From assembly GCA_964016885.1 (NCBI GenBank), contig CAXHJY010001208.1:1-57165 (forward strand): a stretch of 57,165 nt of DNA. The letters are read 5' to 3'. This DNA comes from Eledone cirrhosa (Eukaryota). The first letter of the stretch is position 1. Each line of letters begins with the position of its first letter. Below the pieces are notes generated by a model. That model ran no database searches. It saw only the letters and a list, made by a program, of their open reading frames with translations, and was not told the DNA's origin. Positions 33,425 through 45,365 of this stretch are shown here, in pieces. The translations under genes and the position numbers were made by a program.

Positions 33425-35790
33425 TGGTGGTGGAACAATAAGGTAGATGAAGCAGTCAAGGCCAAGAGACAGGCATGGAAAGAATGGAAGAACGTGGGGA
33501 GCAGGGTACATTACATAGAGACCAAGAGGGAAGCTAGGCGACAAGTATACTTAGCTAGGAGGGAAGCAGAGGATAGAAAATTCAAGCATGTTTTACAACG
33601 TGAGGACCAGAAACAGGAGGTATTCAAGATTGCGAGGCAGTGTGTCAGAGATAGTTGTGATGTCATTGGAGAGAAGTGTATCCGGAATGATAAAGGTGAG
33701 CTTGCCCTCACAAGTGCTGAGAAGAAAGATGCATGGAAGAGTCATTATGATAGATTACTAAATGAGGAGAATGCATGGGAAGAAGAGACCCTACCCCACG
33801 TAGACCCTATAGAGGGACCAGCAGTACAAGTCAGCGGCAGCGTAGTAAGTAAGGCAATCAGAGATATGAAGATAGGGAAGGCAACCGGTCCATCGGGTAT
33901 AGCTGCCGAGATGCTGAAGGCATCTGGGTCTGTAGGTCACACTATAACCACACGTATCGTTAACCAGGTAATACTAGAGGGGGCCATACCAAAAGATTGG
34001 TGCAGTAGCATCATTGTCAACTGCTACAAAGGTAAAGGCGATGCACTAGATAGAGGAAACTATAGAGGTATAAAGTTGATGGACCAGGTCATGAAAGTAA
34101 CAGAAAGAGTTATAGCACAGCTGATTAGGGACCGGGTGAATATAGACGAGATGCAATTTGGGTTTGTACCAGGGAAAGGCACCACTGATGCCCTCTTCCT
34201 TGTGAGGCAATTACAGGAAAAGTACCTAGCTAAAAGTAAGCCACTCTACTTGGCATTTGTCGACCTTGAGAAAGCCTTTGACAGAGTTCCACGTGCAGTA
34301 ATCTGGTGGGCTCTTAGAAAACTAGGAGTAGATGAATGGCTTGTGAAAGCGGTACAAGCCATGTATAGGGGAGCAGTCAGCAAAGTTAGGATTGGCAATG
34401 AGTATAGCAAGGAATTTAGCGTACAGGTTGGGGTCCACCAGGGCTCTGTTCTTAGCCCTCTCCTGTTCATCATAGTCCTGCAGGCAATAACGGAGGAGTT
34501 TAAGACCGGATGCCCATGGGAACTCCTGTATGCTGATGACCTCGCACTCATAGCTGAATCTATGGTAGAACTAGAGAATAAATTCCAAACCTGGAAGCAG
34601 GGACTAGAGAGAAAGGGCCTCAAAGTCAACATGACAAAGACTAAGGTCCTTATAAGTAGACGAGAAAACAGAACCCAGATCCCCTCAGGGAAATGGCCTT
34701 GCTCAGTATGTAGGAAAGGTGTAGGTAGGAACTCCATTCTCTGCCCCAAATGCAAACAATGGGTACACAAGAGATGTAGCGGGATCTCAGGAAGCTTAAT
34801 TAAGAATGTAGGATTCACATGCAGCAGCTGTGCTGAAACAGCAAGCAAACAGCCACAGGAAACAAGTACCACCAATCTCTGGGAGGGCCCTGTAGAAACA
34901 GTAGACAGCTTCTGCTACCTAGGTGACCGAATTAGCAACGGAGGTGGGTGCTCAGAAAGTACAATAACTAGGGTAAGAACGGGATGGAAGAAGTTTAGGG
35001 AACTACTACCACTGCTAGCTGCAAAAGGCTTCTCCCTCAGAATGAAAGGCAGACTGTATGATGCGTGTATCCGAACAGCGATGTTGCATGGTAGTGAGAC
35101 CTGGGCGCTGAAGGTGGAAGACTTACGTAGATTAGAGAGAAACGAAGCCTGCATGCTCCGATGGATGTGTAACAGTAATATACGTGAACGACAAAGCATA
35201 AAGGAATTGAGAGAGAGACTGAGCATAAGAGGAATCAAATGCTGCGTGCAGGAGAGGCGGTTACGCTGGTATGGACATGTGATGCGTATGAAGGATGACA
35301 GCTGCATAAAAAGGTGCAGAGCACTAGAAGTTGATGGAAACCGCGGAGTGGGGAGACCCAAGATGACTTGGGATGAGGTGATAAAAGCCGACCTTACCCA
35401 ACTACACCTCTCAAAGTCAATGACACACGACCGTGACTTCTGGCGTCACGCAGTAATGCAGGGTACCCGACCTCCCATGGGTACATGCTGAAGCATATAA
35501 ACAATATGCCCCCCCCCCCCCGCAAGGTGGTCGTGGAGGTGCCACGGCAAAAAAGCACCCAGCCCACACTGTAAAGTGGACGTGTAGGCGCCACGAAAAA
35601 GCACCCAGCACTCACTGTAAATGAGGTTGGTGTTAGGAAGGGCATCCAGCTGTAGAAATCAAGCCAGATCAGTTCCTGTATGAGCAAGGCATGGTCAGCC
35701 GACCAGACACTGCCCACAACAGGACAACCCGTCTAACCCATGCTAGCGTGGAAGAATGGACGTAAAACGGTGATGATGATGATGATGATG
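33425..35790 (+). mobile_element. Young 5'-truncated RTE LINE
   Basis: Open frame from 33425 to the stop at 35491, ~270-nt 3' UTR, (GAT)n tail, possible AATCT target duplication (33420-33424 and 35791-35795). Confidence 0.95.
33494..35491 (+). CDS. RTE reverse transcriptase (no APE; truncated) with inserted PHD-like finger
   Basis: NYRGIKL, QFGF, AFVDLEKAFDRV, GVHQGSVLSPLLF, LYADDL, FCYLG, GRPKMTW motifs; uninterrupted 665 aa. Confidence 0.93.
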   Translation: MGSRVHYIETKREARRQVYLARREAEDRKFKHVLQREDQKQEVFKIARQCVRDSCDVIGEKCIRNDKGELALTSAEKKDAWKSHYDRLLNEENAWEEETLPHVDPIEGPAVQVSGSVVSKAIRDMKIGKATGPSGIAAEMLKASGSVGHTITTRIVNQVILEGAIPKDWCSSIIVNCYKGKGDALDRGNYRGIKLMDQVMKVTERVIAQLIRDRVNIDEMQFGFVPGKGTTDALFLVRQLQEKYLAKSKPLYLAFVDLEKAFDRVPRAVIWWALRKLGVDEWLVKAVQAMYRGAVSKVRIGNEYSKEFSVQVGVHQGSVLSPLLFIIVLQAITEEFKTGCPWELLYADDLALIAESMVELENKFQTWKQGLERKGLKVNMTKTKVLISRRENRTQIPSGKWPCSVCRKGVGRNSILCPKCKQWVHKRCSGISGSLIKNVGFTCSSCAETASKQPQETSTTNLWEGPVETVDSFCYLGDRISNGGGCSESTITRVRTGWKKFRELLPLLAAKGFSLRMKGRLYDACIRTAMLHGSETWALKVEDLRRLERNEACMLRWMCNSNIRERQSIKELRERLSIRGIKCCVQERRLRWYGHVMRMKDDSCIKRCRALEVDGNRGVGRPKMTWDEVIKADLTQLHLSKSMTHDRDFWRHAVMQGTRPPMGTC

Positions 35791-36139
35791 AATCTGTGAT
35801 TGCAGCAGGCTTGATTTTTTTCATTAATGTTGTTCAAAATTAGCGATTTTGTCAATTCACTTAAGTGCTTTGCCATTAAGCACTAAAATATGTTTTTATG
35901 TTATTGTTATTGGAGGTGGGGGATTTCAGATTTAATAAGTTTACCCATTTTTTTTAGTATACCCTATTTTTTAATTTAATAAAAATTCTTATTAAAAATG
36001 ATTTTAAACAAGAGTCCAAAAAATAGAAACATTTGTCTAATCAATAAGCAATGATCTAGTTTGTTTGTTTCTTTCTAAACATTTCAATTAAACAGTTTTT
36101 TATAAAATAAAATATTCTCATTTTTTTTGCGCCGTCAAT

Positions 36140-37959
36140 GGTTGATATATTCAACCTCAAAAGATGTGGTATTTTGTTTTTGCTGTAAGTTATTCAGCAA
36201 AAGAAATGGTGCATCATCTCTCTAACAAACATATTCAAAAGACTGGAAGAACATTGGATTAATTCTTTCTTTACATGAGAGGAGTGCTGACCATTTAGAA
36301 AACTATCAAGCTTGGCATGAACTTGAACTGTGCTTAGCTAAAGGAAAAACAATTTATGATATTGACCAAGAGAAAATTAAGCAAGAGGAACATTATTAGC
36401 ATAAAATTTTGCAACACTTAATTGCTTTGGTATGAGTTCTTGGCATGCAAAACTTGGCATTCCGTGGCAGAAATGAAAAGTTGATTTGCCCTGGTAACGG
36501 AAATTTTTCGATGTTTGTAGAATATCTAGCCCTTTTTGATCTTATTATGAATGAACATTTACGTAGAGTTAAGAATCATGAAACTCTGGTTCACTATTTT
36601 GGAAAAGATATCCAAAATAAGCTTATACAGCTTCTAGCTAATGCTATAAAAAGGGAAATTTTAACTCATGTAAACTCTGCTAAATACTATTCCATAATTC
36701 TGGATTGCACACTTGATGTAAGTCATATTGAGCAAATGACAATGATTGTCCATTTTGTTGATGTAATCAGAATACCTGAACCTGAAGTCATCATACAAGA
36801 ACATTTCCTGGGATTTGTTCCACTAAAGGAAACTACAGGTGGCTTTATAGCAGAAACTCTTCTTGAACAGCTTGAGAAAATTGGATTATCAACTGAAAAT
36901 ATGCATGGTCAAAGTTATGATAATAGAAGTAACATGAAAGCAAAGAATATGGCATAAAAAAGAGGATCCTAAACATAAATCCACATGCTTATTTTGTGTC
37001 CTGCAATGCGCACTCTTTAAACTTGGTAGTCAATGATGCTGCTAGGTGTTGTCTTGAAACAACTACATTCTTCAATATTGTTGGACGGATAAGCTTAACA
37101 TATCCCTTTGGCAATAATTCCCAAGATGAAGTCAAGGCCCTTGCTGGTGCAATCAGTAAATTCGAATTTGTAGTGTCACTTGTTACATGGTACAACATCT
37201 TTACAAACAAAGAAGCTGATTTAAATGCAGCTACAATACAGTTACAGACAACTAAGAAATATCTTGTGGATTGCAGGTCTGAAGAAGGATTTCAAAAGGT
37301 TTTGGTTGATGCTATGGAAATTGCAAATGAACTAAAGACAATACCAGACTTTGAATCAGATAAAATTAGAAGGAGAAAGAAATGACATTTTGAATATGAG
37401 GCCCAAGAAGTGGCACCACAAGATCCCAAACAAAAATTTAAAGTAAGTTTTTACTAAGAAGTTCTAGACATATTGATGAGAGATTCCTACAGTTACAACA
37501 TTATAATTCACTCTGGCTTTCTGTATAATATATACAATGTAAAGGATAAATCTACCAATCATATACTTAAGGACTGAAAGAATTTGGAAAAATCTTTCAT
37601 GCATAATAGAAACAAAGATATTGATGCTGAGGATCTATGCTGTGAACTTTTAGTCATAGCTCGAACACTCCCAAATTGTATGCCACCAAAAGAAGCACTT
37701 CTTTTCACACTCTAACAAAATCTTTTGGATAATTTCCCTAATGTTGCTATTGCATTGAGGATCCTTCTCACACTTCCAGTATCAGTGGCAAGTAGTGAAT
37801 GTAGTTTCTTAAAGCTCAAGCTTATGAAATCTTACATTCACTCTACAATGTTGAAAGAGAGATTAGTTGGCTTGGCAACTATATCAATTGAACATGCTCA
37901 GGCTTCATCACTTGAATCTAACCTTGCCTAGGGTGCCAGATAGTCTGGTGCCGGCCCTG
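36140..37959 (+). mobile_element. Decayed hAT transposon (ZMYM1/DUF4371-like transposase)
   Basis: QNLAFRG...GNF, YYSIILDCTLDVSHIEQM, EHFLGF, CNAHSLNLVV, dimerisation motif FPNVAIALRILLTLPVSVASSECSF; ends in TIR-like GCCGGCCCTG; many stops. Confidence 0.88.
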
Positions 37960-38500
37960 ACCACACCTGAATAGTGGTGTTTCCATTGCCCATCAAATTC
38001 TATAATACCAGAGCCATGGAACTTTGTTGAGGAAACCCTGACTCTATCTAACCGGTAGCATCTAGCATCTTCCACTAGTTTCTGCTCCTTATTTGTGAGG
38101 GTTGTGATGTTCCAGGTTCTAATTGTCAAGGTTTGCTCCCTTCCAAACTCTCTTTGGGGTCTTGGGATATGCCAACTTTGTGCATCCATCCCACGCCTCC
38201 CTGGTTCATTGCCAATTTTTACAGCATGAAATGGAGACAGCAATATATTTTTCGAACAGGCCCCTCTCCCAAAGACCTGCACGCATCTCTTGTTAACCCG
38301 CACGATGGATAATGCGGTAAGGTGTTTTCTTACTTCTCACCATATTGCAGTTTCCATAGTCTTATTCGTGCCATTCACCAATCCTGTATTTTCTCAAACT
38401 CACAAAGACTAGTCTTTACTCGTCTCATCATAGATACATCACTGGGTTGTGAGAGTTTTCTTGGGAGCTACAGGTGTTACTCATAGCTCCATTTCCCCTT
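37960..38500 (-). mobile_element. RTE LINE 5' fragment (APE N-terminus)
   Basis: LTIRTWNITTL...LDRVRVSSTK...YSGV; cut off at the hAT end. Confidence 0.7.
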
Positions 38501-38759
38501 GTAGTGTACCGCTCTTGTTCCGGAGTTGCTTATTCCATCATATCTGGTAGCTGTATTGCTATCCTCCACCTCTTTCGCATAACATTTCTACCGGGGAGGA
38601 AAATATATATGTATATATATATATATTATATATATATATAAATGAAAGGTATAGAAAGTATTGTAGCAAGAAGTGATAACAACTCTCTCTCTCTATCTCT
38701 CTAACACACACATATATATGTGAGAGAGAGAGAGAGAGAGAGTTGTTATCATTATAACC

Positions 38760-39088
38760 TTCCGTAGTTTTACAAAATAAATTCTTAACTTCTCAGCAGT
38801 GGCGCTTGGCCTAAATCGAGAACGAGGTTTTTCATTCAATTAACAAGAGGAGTGGGGTGGGGGAATCAGCCGAACTGAGTGAGAAAAGCAAGAAACTCCT
38901 CATGTAGCTTCCTCGACAGATCAGTTAAACAGTCGAAGTGTTTCCTTTGTTTTTCTTCTAGCTATCCGGATTTTACCACACAATAACAAAAGTGGCTAAT
39001 GTGATTAATACGTCAATCAAGAAATAACATTCAACCACACGTATTCAACAGTAATAATAACAACAAATTACTGTATGGGGAAGGCAAG
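38760..39088 (+). promoter_or_regulatory. Probable promoter/5' UTR of the ING gene
   Basis: Non-repetitive sequence directly upstream of the ING start codon; positional inference only. Confidence 0.4.
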
Positions 39089-39230
39089 ATGACGACGTTA
39101 AATCAAGCTGCGGTCGAGGCGTTATGTTCGGCAACCTATCTTCAGAATTATTTAGATATAATGGATAATTTACCTGATGATCTACAACGAAAAGTTACAC
39201 AATTGCGTGAGTTGGATTCGCAGTGTAAAG
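39089..39230 (+). CDS. ING1: Inhibitor of growth protein (ING1/ING2-like), first coding exon
   Basis: MTTLNQAAVEALCSATYLQNYLDIMDNLPDDLQRKVTQLRELDSQCK matches the ING N-terminal pattern (YLxxYLDxxExLPxDLQR...RELD); good start context AAGATGA; donor AAAG|GTACGG, phase 1. No later exon found in the window. ING1 versus ING2 cannot be resolved. Confidence 0.88.
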
Positions 39231-39831
39231 GTACGGGGTTGTTATATTTTATTTGTTTTACTATTTTGTTTTGTTTTTCTTGTCTTTTACATTTTACTAA
39301 ATCGAAGGTAATATATAACTGTCATTCATTTTACTTCGAATTGTTTTGAGAACGAAATTTCCGATTTTAATCAAGACAAAAACTCAAGCCTGTTGTTACC
39401 TTTCACTATAAAAAAAAGGACTCGTCTCGATTGCTCTATTTTCTTATTTTTGAATAGTTAGGAATAGTCAATGTTCATACATAGGGCTTGTCGTATTTTC
39501 CTAATGCGTTTTCTCCCTTCCCTTTTCTCTTTTCGACAATGTTATTTATTACTATTCCCTCAGTTTTTGTGTGGATATATTTCTTTATATTATGTTGCTT
39601 TAATTTATAATCATTAGTATTCGTTTTTAAAAAGTAATTTTTTAGATTTATAATTATCATCGAGCGGGTTCCATTGAAATAAACCTTTTGGTTGTGTATT
39701 TGTTTGATAAAATGCTCGGTATAACATGTCTAAAACCCCTGTCTTTGGAAATGGCGGTATCACATATATACGTACATAGATAACTACCACACACACACAT
39801 ATATAAACTACATGACTACCATGCGCGCACG

Positions 39832-39882
<51 letters not shown>

Positions 39883-40085
39883 TTATAGCTAAGTTAAAAC
39901 TAAACATACAAAACTCAAATGTGTCTAGAGAATTATATATATGATAGTATATGATTGCCACGTCTTTTCAGAGTTAGCTCAATGTGTTTGTATGTTATAT
40001 TGGTCTGAAGAGAAAGTAGATTTTTTAAGGAGGAAAAGGCAGACATAAACAAGGAGCAAATATAATCAAATTTATAGATGGAAAA

Positions 40086-40406
40086 ATTAGCTTTTAAATC
40101 ATTTTTAATTCCTTACACACGTTTCAAGAGAATTGTACATCCAAACCGTTAGTTTTCATATTTTTAGGCACTGACCATGCCAGTGAATCGACTTGTAAGG
40201 TTCCCCGTCCCGTCTAAGGTACGAATTGAATTTCGGATACATTCTGCTTCAATTTAATGTTTGATGGAGAAGTGTAAATATACCTATATATCATTGTGTG
40301 TGTATATATATTGATTATACGAATTTTCACCGAACATTATTCGAATAATTGGATGTATAACTCTCTTGGAACATGTGTGATAAATTAAAATGATTTAAAA
40401 GCTAAT
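40086..40406. mobile_element. MITE-like element with ~60-bp imperfect terminal inverted repeats
   Basis: ATTAGCTTTTAAATCATTTT...TACATCCAA versus TTGGATGTA...AAAATGATTTAAAAGCTAAT. Confidence 0.55.
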
Positions 40407-40788
40407 ATATATAAATATATATATATATAGTCCAACAAGGGAACCTCTACGTTGTCGCTCAACCTGTCGGAAATAATAGCCGAATTTTCCTTTATATTAC
40501 TATCTTTAAACATTGATATATAAGACTACGTCGGATAATGTAGAAATAGATACGATAGCAAAAAGAAATTGAAAAATTGGATGAGGCCCAGGGAAATGTT
40601 TGAGTATACATTGGATTATGCAATATTGGATACATGATTGTTGAAATAAACGTCATGATGGTCATGTAATGCTTTCCATCATAGAACTGCTCAATGAAGG
40701 CTAAACAAAACATCTCACCGCACACACATATATCGCTTATATATTTCGATATTTCGGCATCGTCATTACAATAGTTTTAATCAATTTG

Positions 40789-40901
40789 AAATAATTGTTT
40801 CTACTTTTGGCATAAGTATATAAGGCCAACAATTATCCCAGTGCATTATTTTATCGACCCCGTAAGGATGAAAGGCAAAGTTAACCTCGGCGGGATTTGA
40901 G
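40789..40901 (-). mobile_element. Partial SINE (same family as 41961-42147)
   Basis: Shared TTTATCGACCCCGTAAGGATGAAAGGCAAAGTTAACCTCGG. Confidence 0.75.
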
Positions 40902-41145
40902 TAGAAAGACTAAAATGAAACTCCTCACTCACATGTGTATTTTGTGTTGTCTTCCTTTATTCTTTCTCAAACTCCAAACTATTTTCATCAAGAATACCTT
41001 ATGATGAAAGGCGTTTCAGTCATTATTATTTAATCTTGGTCAAGTAATGTGCATAATCCACATAATCATCATATACGATAGGGTTAGAAGTGTAGTTTAA
41101 GAGGGATTTGACTGTTTTAGCTATCCCACTGGCTGGGCGTAAGTC

Positions 41146-41404
41146 TAAAGTCTGTCTTAAGCCAGAAGACTTATTTGGCCGGTGCTTATCCTGGTTTCAT
41201 GGCGTGAAGCGACTGAGAGTACAAGACTCTCCTGGACAGGACGCCAGTCCATCGCAGAGTTAAACCTCATTTTCAACTGAGTAAACTGAAACGTGAAATA
41301 AAGTGTCTTGTTCAAGGAAACAACGCATCACCCGGTCCGAGAATTGAACTCACAACCTTTCGATTGCAAGCCTACTGCTCTAACCACTAAGCCATGCGCC
41401 TTCA
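41146..41404 (-). mobile_element. tRNA-derived SINE
   Basis: A/B boxes, CORE-like block, 3' half shared with 43466-43730. Confidence 0.85.
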
Positions 41405-41960
41405 CAGTAGGTATACATACACATTTATATATATAAACCTTCATACGGATACACCGATGCTCTAGCATGGCCGGTGAACATGGTCAACATATACAAGCGT
41501 GTTTGAACAATAATACTTGTATATCTTGATCATTTTCTTCCAAACCACGAGAAGACATGGGGAAATCTTTGGAAATGGCGGTATCAACATAGATTATAAG
41601 TTCAGATTGCCCAATAACAAGCAATGTCGGTGGTAAAATCTGCTTTAAAATATAATTTCTTGACACAAGCCTATGAAATTATTAGTGAAGAGTTGGTTAT
41701 TCAATTGAATCTATCCAGAACTTGCCTGCCCGTCTGATGTTTTCCCCTTTACCGGAATTAAATAGTGCAAGTCAATTATTTAATCTGTTTAATGATGATA
41801 ATAGTTTTTATAACATGGACACAAGTGCCCAAATTGACATAACTACATTTTAGTCCGTTTCCCCTGCTTTGTTTCTTGACAACCTTTTGATAATGTAAAT
41901 TTTTAATGGAATTTCAGAGAGATAAGTTTTCCAATGTTTTTTCTTGGTTGTAGAAATAAT

Positions 41961-42147
41961 TGTTTCTACTTTTGGCACAAGGCCAGCAATTATTCCAGTG
42001 CATTACTGGTACTTTATTTTATCGACCCCGTAAGGATGAAAGGCAAAGTTAACCTCGGTGGGATTTGAACTCAGAATGGCAAGGGCCGTAACTCTATGCG
42101 TCAAAGCATGGCGTCCGACCCTTTACCGATATTGCCAATCCACACCA
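41961..42147 (-). mobile_element. tRNA-derived SINE with a 19-bp target-site duplication
   Basis: B box GAGTTCAAATCC on the minus strand; TCTTGGTTGTAGAAATAAT at 41942-41960 and 42148-42166. Confidence 0.85.
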
Positions 42148-43284
42148 TCTTGGTTGTAGAAATAATATCACGTTCCTATATAAAATCTTTGATAATTTTC
42201 ATTAAATTGGAAGGCCTGATGAAAAAACAAGTTACTCAGTTTACGTTTAGCCTACTACAATAAAAAGATCGAAAGTATTCAGTAAATGAAAGCATTAACA
42301 AACAGAAGTATCTTCATTTCCAATAAACTTTCTATTTTTGGAGGATGTGAGGAAACAGTCTATTAACTAGTACTTTATTTTATTGGCTCTGGGTAGCTAA
42401 AAAGTAAGGTCCAGCTCAGCAGGATTTGGAAACAAAATAAATATATGAAGATAAATATATATAACATCTTAACTTTAAAAACAATTCAAACTTCCAATAT
42501 GTTGAAAATACGCATATATTGGTTTGTTTTTACAATATCCATATCCCAATTTGGGTTGGCTTGCGGACTTACCAACAGAGCATATCATTTTCAAAATCTA
42601 ATTGTTTTTGTTTGAATAGGCTATGTAGCCGGTAAACCCTAAAGGGACGCAACACAAATCGCTATAAAGTTTCAACAGCCCCTTCCTTCTGTTGTCTGTA
42701 TCTGTTTATGTATTTACGTGTAGATGTGTGTGTATGCAACTAAAGCATAACGTACGTTACGAATGGACGACTAAATGATTTAAACTTGTATTTTAACAAT
42801 TGATGGTGGAAAAGATTTCAAATTGTCTTAACTCGGGCCGCAACTCATAGTGTTTGACACTCTTACCGGCTTCATAGCTTCTTCCAATTTTGTTTCGACG
42901 AATAAATGGGGATCAATTTATAGAGAAGCACCCGCTGGGGTTCGCTATGAGAATTTGTTTCCTATGATTTTTTTCGTGTTTTCAGCTTATATGACCGCCA
43001 ACATGCTCGCAGCCGACACCCCCGCCCCGAAAACATGAAAAGACCTAGGAAAAAAAATTTCTCTGTGATCCCCAGCGGGTGGTTATCTAACTCCATTTTC
43101 GGAAAAGGGAGTCGGATTTCAGATCGGTTGACAACAAACGAAAAATCCGAAAAAAAAAAGAATTCCCATCGAAGGAATATCCGAGGCTGGGAAAATCTAA
43201 GACCCCCCCCCCCATTTTCAGAAAAAAAATCATATCAAATTAGTTGAAAATATACGGAAAAACAAATACCCCTGCCCAGGTCCT

Positions 43285-43460
43285 TCTTGACACGGCAAAA
43301 AGCACCCAGCACACACTGTAAATGTGGTTGGCGTTAGGAAGGGCATCCAACCCTAGAAACCAAGTCAAAATCAGTTCTGTTTGAGTGAGATGCCTCAAAG
43401 GACAGCCCTCCCTACCCATGCTAGTTTCGAAGATGGACGTTAAACGATGAGGGTGATGTA
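43285..43460 (+). mobile_element. RTE 3' UTR fragment
   Basis: Matches 35540-35790 (AAAAGCACCCAGC...TAGGAAGGGCATCCA...GGACGTTAAACGATG). Confidence 0.75.
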
Positions 43461-43465
43461 TATAT

Positions 43466-43730
43466 ACGTGGCCTAGTGGTAAGGGTGTTGGACTTACGAT
43501 CATAATGTCGTGGGTTCCATTCCTGGGTTGTGTAATGTGTTCTTGAGCAAAACACTTCATTTCACGTTGCTCCAGTATACTCAGCTGAAAATGAGTACCA
43601 ATAGCTGGGGGTTTAACCCTGCGATGGACCGGCGTCCTGTCCAGGGGAGAGTCTTGTACTCTTTCGCTTCATGCCATGAAACCGGGATAAGCACCGGCCA
43701 AATGAGCCTTCTGGCTGAAGACAGACTTTA
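43466..43730 (+). mobile_element. tRNA-derived SINE
   Basis: A box TGGCCTAGTGG, B box GGTTCCATTCC, CTTGAGCAAAACACTT; 3' half shared with 41146-41404. Confidence 0.85.
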
Positions 43731-45268
43731 GATAGATATATATATGTAAGGGCATTAACTCTAATATAGCTTTTGTACATGAAATTATATATCTGGCAAC
43801 ATACGGTATGTTTATAAATAAACATTTTGAAAACTGACAGCATAACACCATCTCGTGTGTTCCAAAAGAAGCTAAGTACCGGCAACCAGTGATGATGTCA
43901 TAATTTCTGACTTTGTTCATTATCAAACTAGTACTGCCGACCACTTACTGTTGGAACATAATATAAACTGTAAATAGCTTCTAAACTATATGTTGTAGGA
44001 TAGAACAAAGTAGAGACACAAAATAAAAACCCTGTTACAGAGGAGGTCACAGAATGCATCTATTCCATGTACATTTCATATAGACTGTTATGAAACACAT
44101 TCTATACATTCCTGATATATTCCATAGATGCGTCCATTCCATGCGCATCTCATACAGAATATGAAAACAATTTTCTAAACATTCACAGTATATGTAACTT
44201 GCTTGTGTCCACACACACACACCATCCCTTGTGTCCACCCATCATGAAACCTGTCTCATGTGCATGTTTGATGTGTAGGTTCGAACCCAGTCCTTTGGAT
44301 AGTCAGTCCTGTATCTTATATAACCCTATACATCACAGTCTTCAAGTATTTTATGCAACTTTATGCAAATCCCAATAATGTCCGGGAGGCGTGAACAGAT
44401 ACCCCCTTTTGCATCTTTTTCATGTATACATTCCTTTTTCCAGTATCTTATTTTATTTTATTTGATGTATATACACGCATTTTTATATATGCCCCCCCCC
44501 CCCCCGCGTTATATGTGACTAGTTAATGGCTAATATGTAGATACTGCATTTATGCATATTGTGTGTGCACTTTCAGCCTAATATGGGTTGAGCCCAAGCC
44601 TCAAGAACGTTGTCTCATAATATTGTATGCGCCATGTGCACAGTTGTGTGGGTATTCATCAAGTATATGCTCTTTTTTGAGAGGTATAGGCATGCCCATG
44701 CGCGGGTACATGTATGCATGTGTGTGCACGCATACAGGCACGTGTATGCATGTCCGGGTGTATCTAATTGTATGCATATCTATGTGTAGATTCTCAATTT
44801 TTTCATCTGTATATGTGCGCAGCGTCATAGGTATATATGATTCACTGAGTACAGTGTGTGGATATGCGTGTACTTATCAAAAATACCTTTGAAATAACTT
44901 TTTTGAAGGGCTCTTCCAAGCATTCTTTTAAAGACGTTCTTTTTATAGGGTTTTCTTTTTGAAATGTGGGTTTTTTAAGGTATTCTGAGGGTGTGTTTTT
45001 ATGAAACGTCTTTTTAAATGTTTCTTTAAATGTGTTTTTTTAAATGGTTTTTCTTTCTAAAGTATTCGCTACACATTTAATATTTTCTGTGGTTGTCGCA
45101 TATAAGAGAGTTGCGGGTGTGTATCTGATTGGTGTGGGTGTATAAGTGCTCATACCAATGACGTGTACAATTCTTGACCACTCATAGAATGAAGACAACA
45201 GAATCTAAGCTGCCGAGGGAAGGCCGTGGGTGTAACTGGACATTTGGAAACTCTGCTTCGTAGAATTG

Positions 45269-45365
45269 AGACATATCTGAGGATCTTGCGACTTCAGAGT
45301 CAGGTTTGATCATTGCATCGATCGTGCTTCAAGCTGGTCGCCAGAGAAATGATTGTAATATGTCT
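45269..45365 (+). ncRNA. Type I hammerhead ribozyme with extended stem II
   Basis: Perfect stem I AGACATAT/ATATGTCT, CTGAGGA (45277-45283), stem II TCTTGCGAC...GTCGCCAGA, GAAA (45346-45349), stem III TGATTG, TA site. Confidence 0.8.

Larger units (their letters stand above)
31530..36120 (-). mobile_element. Decayed Tc1-like transposon split by two RTE insertions (pieces about 31530-31817, 32834-33424 and probably 35791-36120)
   Basis: WSDECKFN...VKHGRSSVMLWGCIS (32850-33146) continues as DPKHT...[14 protein letters not shown] (31700-31817). The third piece is assigned only from a possible AATCT target duplication. Confidence 0.8.

Noticed and set aside
34246-35361. Minus-strand ORFs of 209 and 148 aa and similar antisense ORFs over other LINEs
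   Set aside because: Shadows of the RT frame with no recognisable motifs.
39231-39349. Continuation of the ING ORF to 86 aa
   Set aside because: Similarity stops at a GT donor; the rest is T-rich intron.
42620-43260. Possible Helentron/DINE-like element
   Set aside because: Repeat-like composition, but I could not identify diagnostic termini.
43466-43530. tRNA-like A/B boxes (also about 24890-24958, 41335-41404, 44270-44345, 50570-50640)
   Set aside because: SINE heads without a full cloverleaf; not tRNA genes.
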